Below are positions 12,534-24,921 of a stretch of 64,000 nucleotides of DNA, piece by piece. A model generated the notes under the pieces. The model ran no database searches. It saw only the letters and a list, made by a program, of their open reading frames with translations, and had not been told where the DNA came from. Made by a program: the position numbers and the translations under genes. Origin of the DNA: Patellaria atrata CBS 101060 (lineage: Eukaryota); NCBI GenBank assembly GCA_010093705.1, contig MU006099.1:620001-684000 (forward strand). Direction: 5' to 3'. Position 1 is the stretch's first letter; each line of letters begins with the position of its first letter.

Positions 12534-15500
12534 TCAACGCCGTCCATAAACCGGATCTTCTCTACTCTGCCAAACCTTCTTCTCCGGTGCGGTTCTCCTT
12601 GGTGCACTCATTTCTGCCAAAGCAGGTGAGCTCCTACCACCAACAGCACCACGAAGGACACTCCCGACGCCTGTGTCGAACTTCATGTACCGGTCGTTTC
12701 CGAGGTCGGGTCCATCCTCAGCGCCCCTGTTGAAGAGTTGCATGATATCCTTCATGCTGAGCTTCCCAATGGCCTTGCCACCTTCGATTGCTGCTTCCGC
12801 GAGTGCGCGCTTGGCATCTTGTAAGTCGATAATCTTTTCTTCGACAGTGTTTGCGATTGTTAATTTGTAGACGACAACGTCGACTGTCTGATTGAGACGA
12901 TGGACACGGTCAATTGCTTGTTCCTCGACGAACTATGAATACATTAGTATATTATGCCCTTATGTAGTTCATGGAGTAACTTACTGGATTCCAGAATGGC
13001 TCTAAGATCACAACACGACTAGCAGCGGTAAGATTTAGCCCCAAACTCCCACACTTCAAACTACAGAGCAGTACTCTAGTCTTCTTATCATTTCTCAAGC
13101 GGTCTAAGCTTGCTTCGCGATGATCGTTCCGCATGCTCCCATCATATCTGCAGAAGACGATGTCATTTGCGTGAAGGAAGGGTTCAATCAGGTCCAACAT
13201 AGACGTAAACTGAGAAAAGACAATGACCTTGTGATCGGGTGTCTCCTTATGCAAGATCTTAACCAGATGTCGGATCTTGGTCGAGTAAATTGGTCGATCG
13301 CTGTTGAGAACGTCAAGGTCATCGTCAGAATCCTCTTCAGAATCCTCTTCAGAGTCATCTTCTTCGGAATCGGAATCTTCTGTCTCGTCAGATTCTTCCC
13401 CCTCGTCTGAGGTGACAAGATTTTCGTTCTCGTTAGAGTGGCTGATGGCTGAATCTTCCCCTGCCTCTTCGTCTTCCGAATGGAGCCACTCGCCGGCTCC
13501 ATCAGCATTTTCATCGTCAGTATATCCGGCTTTGCCTAAAGTTCCTTTCGGGCGATGCTTTTCAGGGACGACCCAGTCACCTTCTTCTTCTTCTTCTTCT
13601 TCTTCTTCTTCTTCTTCTTCGTTGTTGTCGTCGTCGTCACTATCCATAATAACGCGCTTATTACGGGATTTAGATTTCATCAACTTCGGACCGCTTTCAG
13701 ACTCCTCTTCCTCGTCTTCGTCTTCGCTCTCCTTTGGTATCGTCGCCCTCTTTTCTTTCTTATGATGTTTCTTTTTGCTCTTTTTCTTCAGTTTCTTGGG
13801 TAGCAAACTCTTCATCTTCTTCTTTCTCTTTTGCGCTTGTAGATCATGTTCACACTCTGAGCATCTAACAGAGCCAGACTCCTTTTCCTCAGAAGTCAAT
13901 TTGCTTTGACAGACATCACACTGCTTGGTCTTAACATCAAGTCCACCTAACAGATCAGCTAAGTCATCCATATCATTCCCGGGAGCCTTTGCAGGAGTTC
14001 GACTGCCATTATTGACGGCATTCCCGGTGGTAAGTGCATCTTTATCTTTTCCAACGGCATAGCCGATAAGTTCGGGATGATTGCAAGCTTGACGAAGACG
14101 GAGGAGCAATACCAAAGCACCAATATAATCCATCTTCTCACCGCCCATCATGACCTCGAGGTTGTGTTCAGCCCGACTAGCAAGGCGATCATAGAAACGC
14201 CTTTCATCTTCATCGAACTCTGCAATAACATTCTCGATCTTACGGTCTACGATTCTGAACCCCGCGGACTTTGTGCCATCCTTAGATTTTCCTCCGGGGT
14301 TGAGTGCGCCATCCTTCTTTAGAACATCCTTGGTTCGTCGCTTCATACAAGCTTTAAGGAAGACTTGAAGTCGTCGCATAGCTAGATTGCCTCGTCCGTT
14401 CTTCATTGGACTGGCGATGTCGGTTTTCCAGCGGGAAAGCTCACTGTAGGGCTTAATTCGAAGGAATTTGATCAAGCTTTGAAGCTCGTCCAGATTATTC
14501 TGCATAGGGGTGCCAGTTAAGCACCATCGGTAGTGACTCCTGAGCGCGTAACATGCTTGCGTAGACTTTGCGCTTCGGTTTTTGATGCTATGGGCTTCAT
14601 CAAGAATGACACGATACCAGCGGACACCAAAACAGCCAATCTTAGGCCCGTCTTTCTCGTCCGATGAGCCGGCATGTTCCGAGGTCATTATCTGGTACGT
14701 AGTAATAACCACATCGTATTTCTTCAAATCTTCGGCATTTTTTGTTCGGCTAGCGCCATGATGTATACACACGCGAAGAGCGTGAGATTTGGTGACCTTT
14801 GTCTTGATTTCGGATTCCCACTGTTTGATCAGAGCCAAGGGTGCAACGATCAATGTTCCTTTTCCCGTATCTTCTAGGATCTTGTTCGTCTTATCCCTGG
14901 GAGGCTCATTCTTTGGCGGCCGAGGGTTAGTCAATATCAGAGCGACAGATTGTATAGTTTTGCCGAGGCCCATCTAGAGATATGTTAGCAAGAGTCCAAT
15001 TATCAATAAATAAAGTAATTCCACATACATCATCAGCCAGAATACCTCCTTTGGGAATCATGCCGCCTTTCTTTCTGACCCCGATTTCCTTGTCCGTCAT
15101 CCAGGCTAAGCCGTCGACCTGATGAGGTAACAACTTTACTGTCATTCCCTCGACAGAACCATCATCTTCCTCATCCTCTTCTCCCGGTTCTTCTTCCTTT
15201 TCGTCTTTCACATTGAGCGCCTCGAGCTTCCCAGCCAAGGTGACGGTGGTAGGAGCTTGATGCTGTTTCTTCTTGCGACGTAAACGAGGTGATTCTTCGT
15301 CGTCGTCAAAAGCACCCTCAAGTAGTGCTTTAATATTGTCGTTGGCTTGACCCGAGTCAACATAAGAATACGGATCTGGTGCGCCGAACTGTTTGTCAGC
15401 GGCGATAGCCTGATCGGGGTCGAATTCATCATCGTCTTGAGTCAAGTCAACAGTTCTTAGCTGCGATTGGTATGCATTGATGGGGTTGAAGCCTCCCGGA

Positions 15501-16396
15501 GCGTTATAGTCATAGGTGTTGAAGACTGGTCTTGGGGCGGGAAAGGTTGTTGGCGGAGCAAAATTTATCGGTCTGGGTATTTCGACCACATCTGAAGAGC
15601 CACTGGTACGAGGTTTGAAACCCGCTGGTTTAACTATTGGTCTATGATGTTCGGGCCGGACATGTCCCGGTTTTGGAATATTGAATATATGATCGTTAGC
15701 CGATGGTGGTTTCCGACCTTGTTCTGCAGTCTGATAGGACTGCTGGAAGACTGGACCTTGAGGAAGAGTGAAAGTTGAAACCTTAGCCTCTTTCTGTGTG
15801 CTCTCAAGTCTCATAGCTGGTGCTGAAAAAGCGGTCTCCTTGAGAGGATTTCTTAACGGACTTGACTTCCCGAATTCTGGCACGTTATTCAAGTCACCTA
15901 GCGGTTTTGATGTTGGTGGTTTTCTAGGCGAAAGACCCTGCGCAGGGTCGCGCTGATTGACCATTCCGACGAAAGGACTGCTAGGAGGCGCAGCACGAAA
16001 CGTGAAGGTCTCCTTTCTAATTCTACTGTTGAGCTCCTCTTCTGATGCCTGGGCAGAAAATTGAGGAGACGACCTCAGTGGGTGGGATCCCTCGCTGAAT
16101 ATTGAACTAGAATTTCCCAGCTCGGACAAATTTGGGGAGTCAAACAGTTTACGACGTACATGAGGTGAAGGCGATAGTTCCTCGTCGCTGAGTGTAGAGC
16201 CTGGCGAATGCGCTTCTGCTAAACGTCTTAGACGATCTCTTACCTTGGAAAGAGGACTTGGTGGTATGTCTACTTGTGAAGCCTTATCTACGGTCGGGGT
16301 CTGAGGGAAAAGAGGTTTTTGATCGGAGTTGAGAGTGTTTATCGGTCGGAAGCCCCTACGACGGTTTTCCTGTTTCTTCGGCCTAGCTGGTGCCAT
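12534..16396 (-). CDS. SNF2-family helicase/ATPase (Rad5/16-like group, Uls1/Ris1-like)
   Basis: Motifs GGILADD|MGLGKT, ILDEAH, LTGTPMQN, RLRQACNHP, VFSQF, SLKCGSLGLNL and EPFWNP|FVEEQAIDRVHR. Introns at about 14974-15029 and 12933-12984. Confidence 0.92.
13582..13620 (-). repeat. (GAA)13 microsatellite encoding poly-Glu in the SNF2 gene
   Basis: Perfect (TTC)13 on the + strand, within the acidic linker. Confidence 0.95.
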
Positions 16397-16880
16397 GGTG
16401 TTAGTGAAGTGTTTGCTTTAGGAACAGAACATAGGAAGATTATTCATATAAAGATCTAGTGCTATGTGGAAGGGTAATAAGAAGACTTACAGTAAGGTAG
16501 AATATGTTGAGGTTGGAAGTTCTAAGCTGGGTACAGGAAACCTTGGTTATCTATGGGGGTTTACCAGCCCACGATGATGTTGTTTGGCGAGCTCTGTGGG
16601 GTTTGGGGGCGCTGAGATGGTTGCTGCAGGAGCCACGCCGAAACACCTGACTACGCGCCTCGACAACAATTATTCCGTCGCGTCGTCACATATTGTACAA
16701 TTAATTTTCGTGACTTCACCTTCAGTGACATTTTATGCTTTTGAAAAGTGGATTATCGGACTGGTGCATCAACTGTAACAGTTGCACGTCAACTTGCTAA
16801 CTTCAGTAAATGCTAAAGGAGCATACGTCTTGTCTAGAACAGAACGCAGATGATACCATATCAATCGAAGAAGGATGACC

Positions 16881-18463
16881 CTAATCAAGGGATGCTTCAG
16901 AAGCTGGCGTAGCAGGGCGACTGGAATCCTGAGTGCCCTGGATCTTCTTGCGCAGAGACTTAGACCTAAACAGTAGTGACATAGATTTCCTTGCTCTAGC
17001 AATCTTCGACCTCTGCTCCTCATCTCTCTCTGCTGCTGACTTACCTGGCGTCTCTGGACGTCCCGAAAACGCGTCATCTTGATTATGTTCCATCACACTT
17101 CCACCCGTTGTAGATATGCTATTGCTATTGAACCCGTATTTCCTCTGTTGGTGGCGAATATATTCGGACACCATCGACCTGAGTGTATCGTAGTAGCTCA
17201 TACCTTCATATCTACCGGCTGGATTTGCTTGAGCTTCAGCATTTTTCCATGGACAGAAATGGCGATGCTGTTCCAAGACATCCAGCCGATAGGAATCGTC
17301 ATCTCCCCCGTATTTCTCCCGTGCTTCAGCCAGTCGTTTTTCTTCATACAACCATAGTCCTACACGCTGGAAGCAACTGTCGCAGCGCACCACAAGGACA
17401 TCTTGCTTATCCCCCAACTGGCCGCCACTCCAGCCTAGTAGCGCTAATGGAAAAATGATCGAAATAGGGTCTTCTGGTGGCGGAATCACCCCATCTACGT
17501 CTCTGAGAAGAGCTTTCCTTAAGAGATCACTGTCAGGTGTCTCGGGGAACTTGAACGAGGAAGCTGGCGGAAGAGCCTTGTTGATCTTCTGGTAGGTTTG
17601 TAATCTCTTTACGAAAGCGCCTAACCAAAGATCACGCGCCATTGGTAGATGATATATGTTATCTACACCTGGATTAGTAACCAATTCGGAGGATACCCAA
17701 ACATCATTAGGGGTATCTTAATATACCTTTGCAACCTGATCGTCTCCATAAACAATTCTCATCATGTCCAGTCACAATAATTTCCTGATACTTCTTGATG
17801 AGTTCCTCATCTGCAACCACAAGAGGATGTGATTAGTGAGTGTCGGCGTATAATGCACAAGCACAGTGATAGCATACCAACTTCGACCCCGTAGTCCTCA
17901 CTATGCGGGATTTCATTCCCCTCCGCATCCTTTCTCATCGGCCTAATTCTCACCACCACTCTTTTTTCACACCCTCCCTTGCAAGCGACAGTGTTGATGG
18001 CATCGCAAATCCAACCTCGCTTAGCCCAATGCACCTCATCAAGCGTGTCGGGCTTCACTGTCCAGCGTTTTACATCTGCAAACGTCTCCAACCGTTGAAG
18101 AAAATGTTCCTGGCTCCAGGGGTTATAATGTGGAGTTTTTCGTGGTTGACTATCTCCATCCTTCTTAGGCGTTCCTACAACCCGTATGCTGTTCGGTCTA
18201 CTTTTGAACGACTGTTTTGAAGGTGTTGCGAGGGTAGACTCGCGTACTACGCCGGTTGAGGATGTTGGACGTGACATATCCTCAAATGAAGAGCCCGAGA
18301 GACGTGAACGTTTGCTAGATGGCTCAATCCTCGTGGAGACGGAAATTGTGGAAGCATTGGCAGGGTCGCGTAAACTGGAGAGGTTCGTTTGTGATTTGCG
18401 AGCTGAGATATTTTCGAGCAGCTTATGAAATTTCCTCTTTGAGGTACTAAGGGCGACTTCCAT
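16881..18463 (-). CDS. C3HC zinc-finger protein (NIPA/ZC3HC1/Rsm1/Pml39-like)
   Basis: YNPWSQEHFLQRLETF, WAKRGWIC...CKGGC, GHDENCLW, and a second module LALLGW...CDSCFQRVGLW...HRHFCPW. Two introns. Confidence 0.88.
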
Positions 18464-19170
18464 TTTGGGAATGCAGTCAAGGAGCCTACCTTAGGGGAAG
18501 GGCGTGATGAGAGCTAGAACAGGAGAACAGATGGTGGACAGCACGATAGGGTAACAGGGCGTGGGAGGGGAACTAGGCGTGAGAAGGAAACAAGGCGTGA
18601 GAGGTCGAGGTTTATCGTGGAGACCAATGTTTACTTTCTGACCGGAGAAGTTGAGGCTGTCAAAGCTTCAGGGAATGTCGAGGGCGCGTGATGGTAGAGT
18701 CCAGTGCACAATACAGTAATGAATGGGCGGAGTGATTGTGCAATTTTCCCAAGGACGGGTAATGTATGTACTTCAGAGAAAGAATTTCAAAGAAATCTAT
18801 TCTCGTCTCATCGTGTCATCCCATTTCTGCAGAACACAAAGGTCGTGACTAAGCTCGGACCTTCTGCTTGACCTCATTCACACCCCATACGATCCCGCAT
18901 GCGTTTTTGCCCACTTGACGTCCAGGCGACCGACCTTAAGGGTTGCCGACATGAGTACAAGTAGTGCCAAAGATTTCACCATACCGCCCTACGTATACGT
19001 ATAAGGGTCCATTTCTTAACCCAATTGTATTGACAATCACGATTGTAGTCCTGGCGCTGAGTATATTAACCCCAGTTATTCCCCGCCTCCGTCTTCTCTC
19101 CAAACAATTTCTCCCGCTCTATATCCCACCTACTGTCTTGAAATCAACATACGTCAGGAACAGTTCAAAC

Positions 19171-20232
19171 ATGGCCTATGGGAATGAGCTCACCGTGGCT
19201 CTCCTTGCCGTCCAACGTGCTACCCTCCTAACGAAGAGAGTCTTTCACGAAAAAGCCAAAGGAACAGTCTCAAAAGACGACAAATCCCCCGTTACGCTCG
19301 GAGACTTCGGAGCCCAAGCACTGATCATCTCGGCCATCAAAAGAAACTTTCCTAATGATGAGGTTGTAGGAGAAGAGGAGGCGTCTGTACTACGCGCTAA
19401 CAATACTCTTCGGGAACAGATATGGGATTTGGTGCAAGGAGCCAGATTAGAAAACTCAGATGCAGAGGACAAAATAGGCGGACCGATTCAGAGTGTGGAA
19501 GACTTGCTGGATGCAATTGACCACGGGACTAGTGCTGGCGGACCAAAAGGAAGGATTTGGGCGCTTGACCCCATCGACGGCACCAAAGGCTTTCTGAGGG
19601 GCGGGCAGTATGCGGTCTGTCTTGCCCTAATAGTCGATGGAGACGTCAAAGTGGGAGTATTAGGTTGCCCAAACCTTCCAGTTGATGATTCGGCACCGCT
19701 GGATGAAAATGTATCCAGTGATCAAACAGACGAAACTGGGAAAGGGGTACTGTTCAGTGCCGTAAGAGGAGAAGGTGCAACAAGCCGGCCACTAAGTAGA
19801 GGAGCATTACAACAGAGTCAGCCCATTAGGATGAAAGATCTTACAGATGTGACTCAGGCCACGTTCTGTGAGAGCGTTGAGGCGGGTCACTCCTCCCACG
19901 GAGATCAAGCAGAAATCGCAAAGCTGTTAGGCATTACAAAATCCAGCGTCAGGATGGATTCACAGGCGAAATATGCGTCGATTGCTCGAGGAGCGGGTGA
20001 CATATATCTTCGGCTCCCTGTAAGCAAATCTTACGTAGAGAAGATTTGGGATCACGCTGCAGGTGACTTAATTGTCAGAGAAGCAGGGGGTGAAGTCACA
20101 GACGCAACAGGCAAATCATTAGATTTCAGCAGAGGTCGGACCCTGTCAGAGAATAAGGGGGTAGTAGCAGCATCGAAGGGTGTCCATGCTCAAGTTCTAG
20201 AAGCAGTCAAAACGGTGCTTGAGAGCAAATAG
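19171..20232 (+). CDS. MET22: 3'(2'),5'-bisphosphate nucleotidase (HAL2/MET22 family)
   Basis: KDDKSPVT.GDFGAQ, GEE, WALDPIDGTKGFLRGGQYAV, RMDSQAKY and EKIWDHAAG. The first in-frame ATG is at 19171; the frame is open upstream (see findings). Confidence 0.95.
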   Translation: MAYGNELTVALLAVQRATLLTKRVFHEKAKGTVSKDDKSPVTLGDFGAQALIISAIKRNFPNDEVVGEEEASVLRANNTLREQIWDLVQGARLENSDAEDKIGGPIQSVEDLLDAIDHGTSAGGPKGRIWALDPIDGTKGFLRGGQYAVCLALIVDGDVKVGVLGCPNLPVDDSAPLDENVSSDQTDETGKGVLFSAVRGEGATSRPLSRGALQQSQPIRMKDLTDVTQATFCESVEAGHSSHGDQAEIAKLLGITKSSVRMDSQAKYASIARGAGDIYLRLPVSKSYVEKIWDHAAGDLIVREAGGEVTDATGKSLDFSRGRTLSENKGVVAASKGVHAQVLEAVKTVLESK

Positions 20233-20322
20233 GTTATGCATAGTTTATTCAAAGACAATTACCACCTTGAATGGATATGACAAATGTATAATACATGTCC
20301 AGAAGAATGCAGAGATCAACAT

Positions 20323-21206
20323 TCATTTGATCTTTTTCGACTTCAGCTTGATCGTCTCTCCGTTCACAAATATACCCTTTCCCTTATAAGGCTCTGGTTT
20401 CCTCCACATCCTTATCTTTGCCGCAAACTGCATGACGACCTCTCTTTCTATACCCTTAAGTAAGATACGGGTTGGTTGAGGGGTACTAGCTGTAACCCCC
20501 TTGGGCAAGCCTAGCTCTATCGGATGCGAATATCCGACCTTCAGGTTGACAAATTTCTGACCGGGGTATTCAGGTTGTTTTGTGACCGCTTTTTCCTCGA
20601 TCGTAGCACGATATCCAACACCTACAAGCCTCAAAATGGCCGTGTGACCTTCCGAGACGCCAAGTATGTGGTTCTGGAGATATGCTCTGACTGTGCCTAA
20701 AAACTGAGTCAGAGTTTTGTTTGATTTAAATCATCAAGACTAGCACTCATGACCTACCCCACATCTCTCGTTGTTTCCTATCTTCTTCGTTGAGAATCGA
20801 AAGGGTTGGCGCATTCGGGTCGGTTTGATTGATGGCGATGAAGGGGGGGATCGGCATTGACATTTCTCCTATGTCCACATCAGTTGACCGCAATTTGTTG
20901 ATAGAGTTTCCCGTTTGGTGACAGACCTTTGGGTCCCTTTACATGGACGGTGGACATTGGCTGTGATCTGCCAACTCTCCCAACCTTCACTTGCATAGGC
21001 TCCAAAACCTGGAATGTAACCCCGGGCGGTATCGTGAGCGCAGCTTTGCCAATCTTCGACTGACATTTCGGCGACGAGCTGAATGACCGTGATGAGGATT
21101 GATGAAAAGCGGGAAGTAGAAAGGACGGTAAAGTAACGGCGTTAGGTGAGGAAATTGGGATGTTAAAGATGGCCCCGAGGCATCGTCGTGAGGTTACTAG
21201 AAGCAT
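20323..21206 (-). CDS. MRPL6: Mitochondrial ribosomal protein uL6m
   Basis: Presequence-like N-terminus, SKIGK, VKGPKG, LRLVGVGYRA, KVGYSHP and RKPEPYKGKGIF. Two introns at about 20869-20926 and 20697-20756. Confidence 0.93.
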
Positions 21207-21784
21207 AGTACAGCAATTGAACTATAGAGTAATAGCAATAATCGTAGTTTCCAAATCGCATTCCGCACGTTAGATGGATCTCTGTTATCGCGCCGGTATT
21301 CTTCAAATCGTATTCTTCCTGAAGGTTCGCAGATGCATATCTTAAGGTACGAATAGCTTGGCATTCTCTTTCCCGGCAAAACCAAGGAAGTTTGAAAAGT
21401 CAGCTGCTTTCGCGAGTCGAAACTGGGACGGATTGAGTAAGCGCGACAGCGGCTTCCCACGTCAATATCAACCTCAACCTCCACTTCCCACTACAAACCA
21501 GATATAGCATTGAAATTGCTCTCATTGATGACTACGCGTTTGCTAACAACAGCTCACTGACTGATCCAGCGTCGTTTGATATCGAGTCACGCGTGCTACT
21601 ACATGGCGATGTAATTTTTCAATAGCTTGACATCTACCCTACACTGCCATTGCGGTTCTACCTTTGACCATCGTGAGCCAAAGGACTAAGTATTACGACT
21701 CTCATCTTTCTTGTCACCGCGAAAAGCTTCAACACCAATCGCGACTCTCTTATTCTCTTATTTCATCTATCGACGACAAGCAAG

Positions 21785-23585
21785 ATGGATCTAAAATTCT
21801 CACTCACTCTGATCTTTTGCATCGCCATCTACGCATTGGGCGCTCTTGCATCGGAACATCAGCTTGACAACGACATCCGATCTATTCTGCAAGCACGTAT
21901 GGACAAGGACCCCACCGGAACCGCCAAAGCGATAAGTATCCTCACCTACTTAGACTCGACTTCGCCTTCATGTGGCCGTCTCGCCGGTCAAGATCTAGTG
22001 AAAGATTGTCAATCCCTAAAAGTCTCAAAGTTACCTGGTAGGCGCCAACCCGAAGCCCAACTCGACAGGGTGAGGTCGGTATTTGCGGTTAGGAATGCGG
22101 TTTGTGAATTGAAAAATGCCAATGCGGATATATCGAAGGAATGCATCACGTTTATCCCAGAATCTCCAGGACAACCTAGAAGTGGTTTCACCGGCTGGTT
22201 CACTGGATCAAAGACGGAGGAGCATCCTGATGAAGAGTACCTGGAGTTCCCACCTTACGGAGAGGCCGATTTAGGTAAATGTCTCAAACAGTTAGGAACG
22301 CAGCCGCAGTCATGGACAAGCTACAGCAACAATCTCCAGAATGCAGTCGTAGTATGTCAAGCTAGTCGACATGAAGTGGAACAACGTGCGTATTTCAGGT
22401 GTGATGAACTCTTCTAAATGAATTAACATTAGACGTAGGTGAAAATGTTGCAGTATTTAGGAGACTTTTCTCTACTATTCCTGATTTGAATTCTGCGTTC
22501 GAGCGAATCATTAAGGACTTGCATCAGCGGAACAAGGAACAAGAGCAATTCGCAACGTTAGTTCAGAAATGGGAGAAACGGAGCATGGATGCCCTAGAGC
22601 TCTACAGGCAACAAAGCGGTAGCACGGTCGAACGCTTGACTGAAGAGATCCAGAATGGTATTGCGTCACTTATGCAAGGCGCTCAGCAGGTTAGTAGTGT
22701 TCTGCAAGACGCATTAAAGGTATGTTATTGTCCGTTCTTTCCTTCTTACTATATCTCACTATTGAAAAGAATGCGAGACGGGTCGGTGGCGAAGTTAATG
22801 CTATGAGAGATAACTCCTTGGGATCCCTTCAAGACCTAGCTCAAGCTGGTACCGAACAAGCAACTAGACACATTCAAGAGCTTAATGTCAGCCGAAACAT
22901 TGCCAAAGATGTGATAAAGTCGATCGAATTGGTAAATGTTCTTGTGGCGAACAACCTAACGTTTCTTCTCGGTGATATGAATGTGGAATTGGTGAGTCAA
23001 AGCAGGCCAATGAGTCTATTAACTATCACCGACTGACTTTGACTAGCTGCAGTCGCATAATCTAGCATCTAAGAACCACGAGCTTCAGAGGAACATGGCT
23101 GAGGTAAGTCGATCCAACGCACTATGGCTTTTCGAGCAAATACTAACAGTGACTAGCAAATGGAAACGCTTGAACAAGCCTTGAATAGCTTGCATTCTAG
23201 TGCTGTGAAGCTTCAAGCCGCAGTTCAAGAAACAACAACCGCTTTCAGGCGTCTATTTCGCTTTGCCGGAGCAGTTTCTGTCATCTTCGAATACGTATTT
23301 CCGGTCACTCTCCTCTTATCCTCCTTCTTCTTCCGGGGCGTTGTGGGGAAGTTAGTTCTGATAGCGGCTGGTATGGGCTTCCTGTTGACCGTAGACACCA
23401 CGAACTACGTCAAATACGCGTTTAATGCTGCGCAAGAAAGCAAATACTTCCCCCTTGTCGGGGGCTTGACGTTTTTGGCTGCTCTTTTCGGGATCGTCTC
23501 CGGCTCAATCGCACTGGGCCGTCAGTTCTTCGTCGCCGGTACGAAATCCGGCGACGACGAACTGCCGGAATCGGAGAAGGTTTAG
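21785..23585 (+). CDS. KAR5: Nuclear-membrane fusion protein Kar5/Tht1 (GEX1/Brambleberry family)
   Basis: Signal peptide, Cys-rich domain (SPSCGRLA...DC; FAVRNAVCEL; CLKQL...SWTSYSNNLQNAVVVC), coiled-coil exons and C-terminal TM segments. Four introns. Confidence 0.85.
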
Positions 23586-24921
23586 GACCGGGAGTTTTTT
23601 GTACTTGTACTAATTTTTCTCTATCTATAATGCCCATATAGGCATATCTACAGCATGGCGAATCAGGTGGATTTCGGAGGTTTAGCCATGCTGCTAATCG
23701 AAAATTTGACCCTTTGCGAATACTTCTGAACTAGTGCTACATGATCTTCTCTATCCTCCTATCCGTGCCATACCATTACTCACGGACTGTAGAATAACCC
23801 TTGATAACCTCTTCAACATCATTTCACAGGATCCCGGAAAGCGTATAGATGGTTATTTGACGATATATGGTTTTTCCCTACAAATTCGAGGGATATATTG
23901 TAATTAATGCTTGCCAGTCCGCCCGTAGTTCAAAAATTGTAAAAATGCTGCATAACGCTAAGTGAGATAGGGCAAGAGAACAAGACTGGTCCCCACAGCC
24001 AAATAGGTGCATTTTGAGCTAGTCTAAGCGATCCATCCTCGATTACTGGGGGGATATAATGTAAGACTAATGGATAGGGCGGAAGGATGGGAAATATACG
24101 ATATCTGTAGCGCGAGAACCGAGTGTGCTGACTTATCCTGAGGAATTTGGTGGTAAGTGGGCTTAGATGTAAATCAAGTAGATTTTCTTAGTTGTGGTGG
24201 TGCTGGGTTTGTTTTCTGTAGGTGGGTTAGTCGTATATATTCAGAGTGTGGATAAACACGATTATAGTGATACACTTAGATTAATACCGAATTGATATAG
24301 CGCTCTTCGGCAGGTTCAGGATTAGTGGAAAGTGTAGTGGATGGGCTGGAAGTTGATGTTATCCTCGACGGCTATTCACTGCCATCCCTGTTTGCGGTCG
24401 ACTGTTCAGACATCAAAAGTGCTCATGGACTCCTATATTCTTCAGGACGTACCGAACCATGTTGAACTCCCTTCGAAATAACAATAGGCGTGCCAATGAA
24501 CAGTCTGAATCCTCATTGTGGATAATGTGCAAAGCGGAGATTCGCGGAAAAGGGATGGCCCGCCGGATTGCTTTGCTAATATTCAGGCGATCGCGAGGTA
24601 CAGTTTCCCTACGCTATTGCCAGTGGTATTAGGGGATGATGTGTGTCTATGCGCGAATAGGCCGACGGTTGCTCCCAGCGTTTAAGAGCTTTGCGGGTTG
24701 TGAAAAGTTGGGTGCAGCTTGTACCCGCAATTGCCTGGTGCAGCTTGTATAGTTTTTTGTGAGGTATGTCCTGTGAACTTGGCCGTAGTTCGGTCCTGTG
24801 CTAACTATCAGGTCCTAGTGGGGGCACAGTGTAGCGTTTAAAACAAGTAGTAGCCCGACCTTAGGTCAGGAGAGAAACAAAATACACGTACTGGTAACTT
24901 GTACAGCTCGATTCACACCTA

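Noticed and set aside
18810..18852. Near-match to the CYS3/MetR site (ATCGTGTCAT) and a TGACTAA upstream of MET22
   Set aside because: Biologically plausible, but these are imperfect single short matches that cannot be supported from sequence alone.
24711..24749. 13-bp direct repeat GGTGCAGCTTGTA; also (CGGAC)3 at about 59390
   Set aside because: Too short and too few copies; not CRISPR-like, and no associated element.
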